The notes below the pieces were generated by a model. That model saw only the letters and a list, made by a program, of their open reading frames with translations. It searched no databases and was not told the origin of the DNA. Both the position numbers and the translations under genes were made by a program. A stretch of DNA of 64,000 nucleotides from Balamuthia mandrillaris. Its lineage: Eukaryota. Shown here piece by piece: positions 1 to 11,264 of the stretch. The stretch covers positions 124,001-188,000 of the forward strand of contig JAVKOQ020000029.1 in the NCBI GenBank assembly GCA_031835245.2, given 5' to 3'. Numbering within the stretch: position 1 is the first letter of the stretch; each line of letters opens with the position of its first letter.

Positions 1-1069
1 CAAGAGCGGCGTCAGGCGATGCTATCTGCTGAGAGAACCGCTCAGCAGCACTACGAGACTTGGCCAACAGGAGAATGCCTGAAGTCAACCTATCCAACCT
101 ATGTACACCTTGCGTTTGTTTTGCCACAATTATAAACCGGAAAGAGAGCAAGAGAAGAAATAAGAACAGAGGATAGAGGGAAAACCATGAGAACAAGGAG
201 TGAGAATGTTGCAAACAAAAGAGAGAGTAATAAGAGATATGCTTACAATGAAGGTTGCTAAGACCGTGCTCCTTTGCTAAAATGAAAAGCACCGTGTTGT
301 GGCGATACCGCCCACACGGATGTACCTATTTGTTGTCATAGACGTAAGCGTTTGAAACGAAGAAAGACAGAAAGAGGTTACCGGAATGGAGGGCGGCTTG
401 TTCACAACGACCAAGTCCTCATCCTGAGCGAGCAATTGGATGGGTTCGGCGGAGACAGGAGGCTCATGGCGGTGTATGCGGTGCACTACAAGGTCGTGCC
501 TCTGTATGATGGTGTCTGGACCCACCGTCTTCCCGTTTACAGAGATGTCACCCCTTTCAATCGCTTCTTGCTTGGGTAGTTGTTAGAGAATAGTGAAGAG
601 AGGTCAAAGAGAAAAGCGAACGGCAGAAGCACTAGACTAAAGGAAGGAGAGAAGGGAAGAGATCACTAGAAAAGAAAGAGAGCAGCGGAAGGGATGAGAT
701 GAAATGATGGAAAGGTTTGCGACATACGTAGTAAGAGGGGGTATGACCACGAAACTCGGTGAGAAACAGCTGGAGCAGCGTCTTGCCAAGCCAACGTTCC
801 TTTGCATGGACCTTAAAGTCATAGTAATACGGCCGCACGAATCGCAGCCCATCCCGAAAGAAGTACTCCGTCTCCTCGCGCTGCTCCTCTGGGACGGTCC
901 CGCCTGCCCTCAATCGTTTTTGCTCTCTCTTGTTCTTCCGCCACTGTTTGCGTTGGGACTTGGAAGGTCGCTCCCTCTGTCGCTTCTTCTGCTGTGGTGG
1001 TGCGGAAGGGCTGGTCGCTGCTCCCTCCTCCTCCTCCTCCTGCTGCGGCGCCTTCTTCTCTTCTTGCAT
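1..1069 (-). CDS. RluA-family RNA pseudouridine synthase (RPUSD2/Pus9-like), multi-exon, runs off the left edge
   Basis: Exon 1 has GLRFVRPYYYDFKVHAKERWLGKTLLQLFLTEF; exon 2 has HRIHRHEPPV..LVVVNKPPSIPV, then HPCGRYRHNT; the exon near 61-108 reads VHRLDRLTSGILLLA (catalytic HRLD motif). Confidence 0.93.
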
Positions 1070-1530
1070 TTTCTCTCTTCCGCTTTTGTTACAATCGGGA
1101 CGTCATGACCATACCGGCACTGGCAACGAGCGGAAGGCTGCAGCTCACCCAGCGGTTTGTTCTCAGCCGACTCAAGAGGCTCCAGAGTTCTGCCGTGTGG
1201 TTTAAACACATGTGGTCCACAGGTGGTTTTCCAAGCTCCAAGAGCACCCCTTGTTTCTTTATCCTGCTTGCACAATCCTTCAGAGAATTCCTCCGCACAA
1301 TGCTTCTCTCCACAGCGTCAAACTCATTGACGAGTCTATCCACAACGTCATGCCTCAGCACAACCTCCCGGTACCAAGACCACATAATGCAAACGATGAG
1401 CGTGAAGGAAGGACAAAGCAGTAAAAAAACAAGCATGAACAGTTTTGAGGGATCAAGCGAAAAATAGTATTGGTGAATAAAGAAAAAGCGAGACCAGTCA
1501 TTGCTGAGAGGTTATATCATCCTTCACATG

Positions 1531-3240
1531 TTACTCTGCCTTGATGGGAGCAACTACGGGAACATGGTGGCAAGGGCATCTGCACTCAGAGCATCCATGA
1601 CGTCCACCACCACGATGCCATCTCCCTTCTTCCTTCCTGGTCTTCCATCCACCATAGCGAGCGGAGTTCTCCAGCTTCCACAGCTTCTTCTTGGCTTTCC
1701 AGGCTTGCTTCATCCCCTCTCGGGCTTGCTGCCATTGCTGCTTCTCCTCCTTCCTCTGCCACTTGGCCTCGCGGCGCAGCAGAGCCTCCACCACTCGCCC
1801 CACATCTCCGTCGTGCTTGTTCAGCAGGCGAAGGTTCAGGCCTTGGCGAGTGAATCCCATGCTCTCCAGCTGATGAAGGGCCGCCTCCCGCTCTTCCAGA
1901 TGGGCTCTGACCTTGTCCACGTCTCCTCCGAACTTGGCCAACAAGCGGCGGTTCTGCTGAGGGCGGTTGTGGAACCCCGCATCCCTCAAGGCATTCATCT
2001 TTTGGCGCAGCAGCTTGCGTTCCTCCCTTCGGCTGCGGAGGAAGGCCGAGACCTTGTCCACGTCTCCATCGAACATGATGAGCAAACGTTGGTTGCGTCT
2101 CCTTCTCTTGAACCCTTGTTCTTCCAGAGTCTTCAACGCTTTCGCCATCTCCTTATCCACCTTGTTTGGGTGGCTATCCTCGCTGTCTTCTTCAGAAGAG
2201 GAGGAAGAGCAACTCTCCTCTTCCGTGCTGGTACCAGACGAAGCAGATGAAGAGGAAGAATCGTCCTCGGAAGAAGTGACCTCCGTGCTACTTTCCTTCT
2301 TCCCTTCTAGTCTGTCGGCAGTGGCGGTGCAAGGAGAAGGGAGGTCCTGGACAAGTTGCTTAGCCTCCACTTGTGGTTCTTCCTCCTTCCTTGCCTCTTC
2401 TTCCTTCTTTTGCTTCTCCGCCAAGCGTTGCTCTTTCAACTGCTGGCGTTGCAATTTCCTTTGCTCTTTCTCTTTCTGCTTCTCGGCCTGTCGCTGCAAT
2501 CTCTGCTCTCGTCGGTGCAGTCTCTCTTGCTTCTGCTTCTCCGCATCTTGCAAGAAAGCCACCACCTGGCCCACATCCCCATGGAACCTGTTCAACAAGG
2601 CGATGCGTCGGCCTTTGTTCTCTCCAAGGCCCAGGGCTTGCAGCTCAGCCAAGCCTTGTTCTCGTTTGTGAAGGGCTTGAAGGTGGCTCTGCACTTGAGA
2701 GAGGTCTCCTTGGAAGCGGCTCAGCAAACGCTTGTTCTGCGGAGCGTTGGTGAATCCCATCTTCTCCAGTTCTTCCAGCTTCTTCCTCTCTTCCTCATCC
2801 ACCACTGGCGCTTGCTGCTCGTTCTTCCTTTCCTTCACAACTTCGGCCACAGCAGCTGGGTTCAGTCGGGTTATCACCGCTTTCTGCTGCTTCTTTCGAG
2901 AGACGAACATGCGCAGCGTTGCCCCTTCCTCCTCCTTTCCACTCTTGTGGTGGGAGAGAAGCTGGTGAAGGGCCTCTTGCAGCTCGGCATCGTTGGTGAG
3001 GGTAAGGAGGTCCCCTTCGTTGTCGGTGTATCGAACCAGCAGGTTTTGCCTCTTCCAAATGCCGAAAGCGGCTTGCAACTGCCCGGCCAGCTCTTGAAAG
3101 GAACTTCCGCTGGCCTTCACAGTGGTTTCAAGCATTGCCGGTGAGGCAGCCGTGGCGGTACCGGTGGTGGTTGGTTGGACGTTGAGGAACGTGGCCACCA
3201 CACGCACAGTAGAGGTCTTGTTGTTGTTGTTGCTTTGCAT
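1531..3240 (-). CDS. PB1-domain protein with five UBA-like repeats (p62/NBR1-like), intronless, 569 aa
   Basis: N-terminal PB1 OPCA motif VRYTDNEGDLLTLTNDAELQEAL; five repeats of the form L..MGF....N.RLL..F.GD...V...L. Confidence 0.8.
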   Translation of the reverse strand: MQSNNNNKTSTVRVVATFLNVQPTTTGTATAASPAMLETTVKASGSSFQELAGQLQAAFGIWKRQNLLVRYTDNEGDLLTLTNDAELQEALHQLLSHHKSGKEEEGATLRMFVSRKKQQKAVITRLNPAAVAEVVKERKNEQQAPVVDEEERKKLEELEKMGFTNAPQNKRLLSRFQGDLSQVQSHLQALHKREQGLAELQALGLGENKGRRIALLNRFHGDVGQVVAFLQDAEKQKQERLHRREQRLQRQAEKQKEKEQRKLQRQQLKEQRLAEKQKKEEEARKEEEPQVEAKQLVQDLPSPCTATADRLEGKKESSTEVTSSEDDSSSSSASSGTSTEEESCSSSSSEEDSEDSHPNKVDKEMAKALKTLEEQGFKRRRRNQRLLIMFDGDVDKVSAFLRSRREERKLLRQKMNALRDAGFHNRPQQNRRLLAKFGGDVDKVRAHLEEREAALHQLESMGFTRQGLNLRLLNKHDGDVGRVVEALLRREAKWQRKEEKQQWQQAREGMKQAWKAKKKLWKLENSARYGGWKTRKEEGRWHRGGGRHGCSECRCPCHHVPVVAPIKAE

Positions 3241-3937
3241 GATGATGCTCTAAGAGTTTGTTGTCGAGTGTTCGGTTTGAAGAAACCTTTTGTTAACAAA
3301 GACAGTCACTGAAGAGTGAGTTTGTTTGTGTTGTTGTTGTTGAACGAACGAGAGAAAAAGAATCCCACACCGGTGTAGTTTTTATAGTTGTCAAGCCTTG
3401 CCTATCGTAGTCGGGGGTAACGCACGACATTTATCGCGTCGCAGAGGTTTCCGTGTCGTGGGGTCGCTTTCGTTGCCTTTTTTCGCTCTTTCCGCGAAGT
3501 TTCCCTCGCTGTCGACAAAATATCTGACCCCGACATTCCATGCATTGTTGTAGACATACAAAACAGAAGCAGAGCTGCAATGGGTGTTTGTTGTGCGGCT
3601 CAATCAAGTGGACCTCCTCCCCCCCTCCCCCCCCCCCAAATTTTGGAGAGAAAGGTAAAACATGCATAGACTGATCACAAAGCGGCGTCTGAGGAAGATG
3701 GTTGGGGTAAGCACCACGTCCTTGTCCGTCCTCCGTCGACAAAAATTTAGACGTTGGGTTCATTCCTTTTGGTAAGCAAGAAATGCCCCTTCGTGGATGT
3801 GTCGATAGACAACGAAAACGTGCTCCTAAGGAGATGATTCTCTTCGAAGATTTCCACCTTAAAATGCTTCGCCACGCGGTGTTATTTTGTTTTTTCTGTT
3901 GGTGACTTCTCTCCTTTCGCTCTCACAGTCAAACGTG

Positions 3938-5222
3938 ATGCTTGGCACCAAAACAAAAGTAGCGATGTTGCCTTTGGCCCTGCTTGCCTTGTTCATCAGT
4001 GGTGGTCTGGCGTGGGAGGCACCTGTTCCATCTGTTGGCGCCGTGACCGGCCGCGTCTTCTGGCAAACCCGCACGGATCTGCTCAAACGTGACACAGGAA
4101 CCATTCGTAAGTCTTGTCTTCTCTTCTCTTCGGCCCTTCCAGTTGGTTGTCCTTGCTCATACTTTCCGCATCAGAGATTAGTTCTGCTAAAGTCGATGGC
4201 ACTGACGTACAGCATCACTTCCAACTGTCCGGGGTTGCTGGTGGTACTGCTCCCTTTGGTGTGGACAGGTCTGGAAACGTTTATTTTGCTCTCTACGACC
4301 AAGCCTCCAGTCATATCGATGTCGTGAGATTCGATCTGAAGGGTACACGCAAGGGCGTAGTCTCCAGCAACGTAGGTGACCTCCGCAACATACAAGTCAG
4401 GAACGGATACATCTTGCAGTTGATTTGCGACAACTCAGGCGATGAGCTAGCAGGAGATATTCAGCTGAGAGACTCTTGCACCAGCGTCAGCGTAGTATCC
4501 GCTCCCACCAACAGCTCAGCGGCAAAGAGGATCTTTTTAGTTCGGTCCAACTATCTTTCGCTTCCCAATGGTAACAATTTCTAGCTATCCATCATACTCG
4601 TTGTTCCTTAACCCATTTCTTTAGCTGTTGACATTTGTCACTCCGTCGAGAGCTGCAAGACGTGGGACAACGCCATTGGCGTCAGCGGCAGGGGTCCCCA
4701 GGGCAATGGGGTAGTGGTCATCGGCAGCATGCCCTCTGGCAGCATTGATGGTGTCTTCAGCCTTCCCCCCACGCAGAGTGGTGGTGGAGTCTCAGTTCAC
4801 AACAACGAAGTCTACTATACCTTTTTCGAAGATAAGAACTTCAGCGGAGGACAATCTTACCTCGCGAAGGTGAAGTTCTGTTTTCTCTGCTTTATCATAG
4901 TTTCTACTATGTCTACCTCCTATGCCCAGTCTTCTTTTCTGAACTGAATACAGGTAGGAGGGGTTCCTGTGTGCTCTGCCCCACAAAACTGGGATTCTTC
5001 GTCCCATAACGCCCTCGCTCAAGACTTTGAGGCTGGATTGCTCTTCTACGGAGCTGGCCAACAGATCATCAAGTACCACTTCTCTTCGGGCAAGTGCTCT
5101 CCTCTTGCAACCGTTCAAGGTAATGTCCGTTGCTTAACGAAGTGTTGTTTGTACCTTTTAAACCTGGTTTTATTTTTTTTGAAACAATAGGAGAGCTGGC
5201 CTACATCGCTACAGTTGAATAA
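3938..5222 (+). CDS. Secreted protein of unknown function, possibly a beta-propeller; 5 exons
   Basis: Signal peptide MLPLALLALFISGGLAW; introns at about 4107-4174, 4571-4624, 4870-4953 and 5120-5190 join into one frame ending ELAYIATVE*; beta-strand-rich segments such as FGVDRSGNVYFA. Confidence 0.65.
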
Positions 5223-5545
5223 AGTGAAAGAGAGCTTTGTTCCAACAATAAACGGTTTCAATATCAAGAGAAAGAGAGGGTGAGGGAGAAGTTGGAAGTG
5301 AAAAAAGAGGAAGCAGGAAAAACGACGAAAGAAAGAGAAAGCGGGTCACATAAGTTAGTAGAGAATCGCTTCCTTTTATTGTCTTTTTTGATGAGATGAA
5401 TTTATGTTGATATGATGAATGAGTGGCTAATAAATGGCTTTTATTAACACATATCGGAGTAGAAAGCAAATCTTAGGCCAGCAAACTCTGCCATCATTCG
5501 CAACTTTCCATTCAACGTTGAAGGACTTTGCAGCCGAAAGCACCA

Positions 5546-8500
5546 ATGGGTGTAACTGATTTTTTTTGTACCTTCTATATACTGTTTTCTGTGCTTACCA
5601 CTGCGATGGTCCATGCGCAAACCGGTGCGTTCATTTTGGGGCCTTTCGTAGTCTCTTCGCTGACCCCTTTCTTCCCTCTCTTATGTTGCTTGACCAAGGT
5701 TACTTCACTCCTGATGGAAGAGGAGTGTTGGATAGCTGCACTAACAAAGAACCATGCGGCAACCTTACTGGGGCGTTGTTGCTTCAAGAGTTTGAGGAAT
5801 ATGTCTTGGCTTCTGGTCAGTACGCTTTGGAAAGCCCTATATTGTTTTTCCGTCCAACAACTATTCGGTAACAGCAGGCGCTTGCCCCTTTTCGTTATTA
5901 TTATTATTTTTTGCTCATTCTTACCGTCCTTTGGTTTGGTCTCTTCTCTGATTCTCTCTTCATGCCTGCCTCTGCGACATGAATAACAACCATCTTCCTT
6001 TACACAGAAACTGGAGGGAACTCCAGATGCCAGGACAACCTCTCATCAGCAGCACGATCTTCCTTCCTGCCTGCTTCGCCATCGATGCTCCCCAATACCT
6101 AGAAGATATGGTCCAGCTGATTCTCCAAGGAGTTATCTTGGAATGTGAGGGCAGCACAGCAATAGACTTGCTGGCGCTGCCCATGCCGGCCAGAGTGGAG
6201 CTGATGGATGTGACCATCCGAAATTCTGTGAATGGGTTGGTGGCGAGCCACGACGAACCAGAGGCCGGTAGACTTGGGTTTAACCTTTTTCTGTCGAACT
6301 TTAAAGTGCAACAGGTGAACGAGGCCAGTTTTGGAGGTACAAGGAATAATTATTCTGTTCTTATTCTTTTTTTTTTCATTTTCTTATTCTGGTTTGCATG
6401 GCAACTCCCCCTTTTTTCAGTCCTTTTGTTCTTCTGTCCTAGTGTTTTCGTCTTGTCTTTCCTGTTTGTTGCTATAGTTTAAAAGGCCTTTGTTTCTCAC
6501 ATTACTCCTAATGCAGCTTTACATTTGATGGACGTGGTACTAGAGTTTGAGGGATACCTGCTCTTCGAGAACAACTTTAACTTGCAACCACTTCGTAAGC
6601 ATTACCAGAGCATGAGAAGTTTTTCTGGAAATGTGTGCTGACGTATTGGCTGTGATGGCCAGCCCTTGTGACTTTGAACAGGGTGAATGCCACGGGCCAC
6701 GATGGTGTGCTGTCATTCGTACGGAATGATAATGGTCTTGGCCCACTTTTGTTTCTCAGCGATAGTAGGTTCCATTCCTACGATGTTTCAACCGAGATTA
6801 TTGGCAATACGAATGTAGGCCAGACAGGTTCGTATATTCTTCTTATTCTTGTTCTTCTTGTTCTTGTTCTTTTTCTTCTTTTTCTTCTTTTCTTCTTCTT
6901 GTAACGAAAACAACTCCAAAGCACAACTGATAGACTCCATATGGCTGAGCAACGCAAGGACTGTTTTCCAGGAAAATACAGCTGTTAATCTGGTACAAAC
7001 CTTGGGATCATCCACATGGACAAGCGTTGCTGAAGTTATCAATCGTGACAACCTTGTCGATCAAATGGAATTTGATTGCTCCCTTGACTCTGAATGCTGC
7101 TTCACTCCTTGTCCTGATGGCAGTGCCTGCGATTGCCCACATCTTCCTTCGCTATCGTGGCAGAGCGTCTTCATTCCACCCAATGAACAACAACCAGTGT
7201 TGGAGTTCCCAGCCACCCAAACTACGATCAACGTTTCTGTGTCTTCATCCATAGAAATTGCAAGCGATGATCAACACGTTCCATTCGTGTTGGAAATGTC
7301 CCATGGTCTTCAACACGGAGTTCATTTTGTAGTTTTTTGCGACGTGATTGTTGAAGAGGAGAGTTCACCAACAGACCCCGTTCTCCATTTTGTGCTCCTT
7401 CTTTCGCGTGGATCGACTGTAGCTCAATTCCAAATAGAAAGACTGGAAGCTGCGTCTTTAGGTCGAAAGGAGTATCTCACTATCTCACCTGCTCTTTCTT
7501 CATCATCAGCACCGTTCTTCATCGATCCACTGAACATCGAATACTTTCTTTCCTCTTCGCTGTCAAGGAATCCGCTGAAAGTGGTATTTTATCCAAATGC
7601 GCGGAGCTACCTTCCCCCTGAAAAGGGCTTGGCTTTAGGCTTTCCCTCTGACCGACCTGACCATGTTATCTCGCTTATCGACCAAATCGATAACAACGCT
7701 TTGACCGTCGCTTTTGGCTCTTTGATGGAAGTTCAAGTCTCAAGCGGCAAAGAAGAAGAGGACGAGAAAGTGATAGTGGTTGCTTCCGCTTCATTAACGC
7801 AAATTCCATTCGTTGCTGAACAACTGGTGAACTTTACAGATGGCTCTTCCATCACCAATGGCCAAACTCTCATCTCTTTTCTTGCGACCATTTATCAACT
7901 TGAAGAGCTCACACGCAACGAAACAACAACTATTACCACACTGGCACAACCGATTCAACTGCGGTTCAACTTCAGCATGTTTTTGGAGGAGACGGTAGTC
8001 GAGTTTGGGGGAGTGGAACAAGCCATCCAACCGAACAGTATCAAATGGACGCTGCACATTCAGAGCTGGCCCTTTCAACATTCGTCCAACTTTTTGCGAC
8101 TTCAACTGCCGTTTAGGAGCAAAGACGGGCCTATCTCGTTACTTCAACAAGAAATCGTAAACGGAACAACATTGGTACTGGTGACGAACAACACGGAGAT
8201 TCCTTTTCGGACGTTTCCTTTGGCTGTTGTGGATGGAGAGGAGGAAGCGCCTGTCAAAGCTCTGTGGCAGGGAGGAGAAGACGGCTCATCGGTGGTCCTA
8301 CAGTTACCCTGGTTCAGTCAGTCATTGTTGTTGGATCCGGATATGTCTATGTTGTTGAGGGACAGAGATGGAGACGAAAACGGAGATGATGAAGGAGAGG
8401 ATGGCGACTTGTGGTGGAAGATTACAGTGCCACTGTTGTTGGTGCTGGCCGTCCTGGTAGTAGTTGCAATTATCCTCTACATTCGCTTTGGTAGAATCAG

Positions 8501-8564
8501 GAAGAACGAGTACCTCCGAAAACGAGCTCTCACCGAGCGGATCAAGTCGTTGAACGACGATTGA
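5546..8564 (+). CDS. Type I cell-surface membrane protein with a ComC-like membrane-proximal domain
   Basis: Signal peptide MGVTDFFCTFYILFSVLTTAMVHAQT; intron 5625-5698; CTNKEPC motif; terminal exon has IKWTLHIQSWPFQHSSNFLRLQL...LLLDPDMSMLL, then a TM helix (WWKITVPLLLVLAVLVVVAIILYI) and a basic tail. Confidence 0.75.
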
Positions 8565-8848
8565 AATGTTTTTTTAGGTTCGGATGAATACATGACTGAA
8601 AAGAAATGGCAAGGGAAAAAAGGGCAACAAAAAAGCCCCTCCGCTTCCCCGCTACTTTTAGCGAGACAAATCAGTGTCGACAAGGACCACTGCCACACCA
8701 AACCATTGCGCGTTAGTTCACATACAAATAAAGTAATGATAATAATTTTATTAGGCTAATGATCCAATATTTGATTTTTCGTTGGTTGTTTGAATACATC
8801 TGAAAAATCTGTTCTGCAAAGAAAAGAAAGACAAGAAATAAAGAAAGA

Positions 8849-11015
8849 ATGGAAGAGGCCATGGCGGCGGCTGCGGCAGAGCACAAAGCAAGGCCAGAAA
8901 TGGCAGCGCTCACGCCGGAAGAGATGAAGGCAGAATACGAGCGTTTGAAGGTGGAGGTGGAGGCCTTTGAGTTTGTTCACCCTAGCTCGGGTGAGCAACA
9001 GAGAGAGCAAATCAAAGAAGCGTTACAAAAACTTGAAGTGGTCGCTTCGAAGGTTCCTTTTTTTTCCTTGCCTTTGCTTCTTTTTTTTTCCACCTTTTCA
9101 GGGATGACCTTCTTCTTGTTGCTGAACAGGAGCGTTTATTGGACAAAAAAGAACTGTTTAAATTGGGACAGCTGTTTCGGGTTCCTCTGTCAGAAGAAGA
9201 GAGTGCAGTGTTTACCTCCAAACGTATTCCCACTGACAACAAAGACAAAGCCGACCTTGAGGTGTGCTCCCTCTTTTTCTCTGCATCTTCTCTTGAAACC
9301 TCTCCTTCTCCTTCTCCTTCTCCTTCTCCTTCTCCTTCTCCTTCTCCTTCTTGTTGTTGTTCTTGTTCTTGTTCTTGTTGTTGTTCTTGTTCTTCTTCTT
9401 GTTGTTGTTGTTGTTCTTGTTCTTCTTGTTCTTCTTCTTCTTCTTCTTCTTCTTCTTGTTCTTGTTCTTCTTGTTCTTCTTCTTCTTCTTCTTCTTCTTC
9501 TTCTTCTTGTTCTTGTTCTTCTTGTTCTTCTTGTTCTTGTTCTTCCTCTTCTTCTTCTTCTTCTTCTTCTTGTTCTTCTTCTTGTTCTTGTTCTTGTTCT
9601 TCTTCTTGTTCTTCTTGTTCTTCTTCTTGTTCTTCTTCTTCTTCTTCTTCTTCTTCTTCTTCTTTCTCTTCTTCTTCTTCTTCTTTCTCTTCTGCTTCTT
9701 CTCATGTTATGTTGCCTTTTTCCTCTTTGTTAAAAAAAAAAGGAGTTTTGTGGTTGGTGTGTTGAAACCTTTCCCACATGGAGTGGCGACAAGTTAGATT
9801 TTATACGTATGAAGCTCAGAGCAACAGCCCTGCCCCTTGAACGCGTCAAAGGGGTGAAGAAGCTATCCTCCACTGCATTCAGCCACTGGGCAAAGCTCCG
9901 AGGGGTCCTCAAAGTGGCGAGATACTATCGTACCTACTGGAAGCCAGCTCCTCGCACCGAAAAGGGATGGCAGGAGGTGCAACAGGCGGCACGAGAGCAG
10001 GGCAAGCTCATCAATAGGGTCACCTTTGTGAGACATGGCCAATCTACGTCGAATGCCGGATGGGACGTGCACGGCTGCGAGCCATTTATCTTTGATGCCG
10101 AGCTTACTGAACTGGGAAGACAGCAAGCTGCCCAACGGTACCTCGTCACAAAAGCTTCCTCTGTTTTGCTTTCTCGCTTGTTCTCATCGCTTCTCTCTCC
10201 CCTTCTCCAAAATAAGTGCGACAAAAATGTTGGAACAAAAACCCATCCAATTAGTTGTGACGTCCCCATTAACAAGAGCGGTTCAAACGTGCGACATTGT
10301 CTTTGGCAATTTGAAGGGAAAGGTGCCCTTCATCATGCATCCTCTTTGCAGGGAACAAATGTCCGGAGCTGATGACCTTGGAAGGTACTTTTGTTCGTTC
10401 GCTCTTGCTTTCACCCTCTTGTTTATGCTTAGCCCTCTTGTTCTTCTCTCTTGTTCTTCGTACTTGCTAAAAACTAACACACACCAAACAGATTGAAGGA
10501 AGATCTAAAGAAAGAGTTTGAGGGATATGACATGGGGTTAGTGCCGGAGGGCTTTTGGTGGTACATTCCCACAGAGCGTAGAGTGGAGGGAGAAACATTG
10601 GAGGAGCATTATCATAGATACAAAGAAGCCAATTGTTGGACGGAACCTGGCAGAGTTCTTGCTGAACGCATTCGACAATTCGAAGTACGGTTTTATCTTT
10701 TTTTTTTACTTCTCTTATCTCTTTCTTTTGGTTTTTGTTTTTGATTTCTGTTATGTGTAATGCTTTTCCTTTTCGAACAGGCGTGGATTGTGGAGAGGCC
10801 GGAGATCGAAATAGGAGTAGTAAGCCATGGCAACTTTATCGAACGTATGTGCAATATTCCAAGAATTGGTACGCACCGCCATTCACAATACCCCTTTTTG
10901 CTATTTCCAATTGTTCCTCATCATTCTCGCTCTCTTCTCTCACTTAGCAAATGGAGATCAATTCATTTTGGAGGTCGACCCATTGAAACCCATCAACCCC
11001 TCTGAAGAGGATTAA
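8849..11015 (+). CDS. Histidine phosphatase (phosphoglycerate mutase-like) family protein
   Basis: FVRHGQSTSN (RHG motif), DAELTELGRQQA, VVTSPLTRAVQT and VVSHGNFI lie across several exons. Confidence 0.88.
9301..9702 (+). repeat. Compound (CTTCTC)n/(TTG)n/(TTC)n microsatellite in an intron of the histidine phosphatase gene
   Basis: Directly visible; flanked by the GT donor at 9262 and an A-rich AG acceptor near 9741. Confidence 0.95.
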
Positions 11016-11027
11016 CAATCCTTTGTA

Positions 11028-11065
<38 letters not shown>

Positions 11066-11264
11066 GTTTATCAGCCGTCCAAGGCTCTGGACTTTTTCTC
11101 CACTGCCCAACCTGTTGCTCTATTTTTTTTGAGGGGAAAAGCTCTTGCCGTCAGTTCGTTAAATGTGGAGGAAAGAAGAAGAGGCAGAACCCAACCTCGG
11201 AAAGGAGCGTTTTCTCAATAATATCTGCTGCAAGGACATGGGGGTACTTTTGGAAAACAGAAAA

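Noticed and set aside
1501..3144. Long plus-strand ORFs (249, 234 and 262 aa) opposite the PB1-UBA gene
   Set aside because: Antisense shadows of a GC- and Glu/Lys-rich coding strand, with no recognisable motifs.
3613..3637. C-rich tract as a functional G-quadruplex
   Set aside because: A single homopolymer-like run in a genome full of simple repeats, with no independent support.
9139..9797. Long poly-Ser/Cys, poly-Leu, poly-Phe and poly-Arg ORFs
   Set aside because: They are translations of an intronic trinucleotide microsatellite; the flanking exons splice across it in frame.
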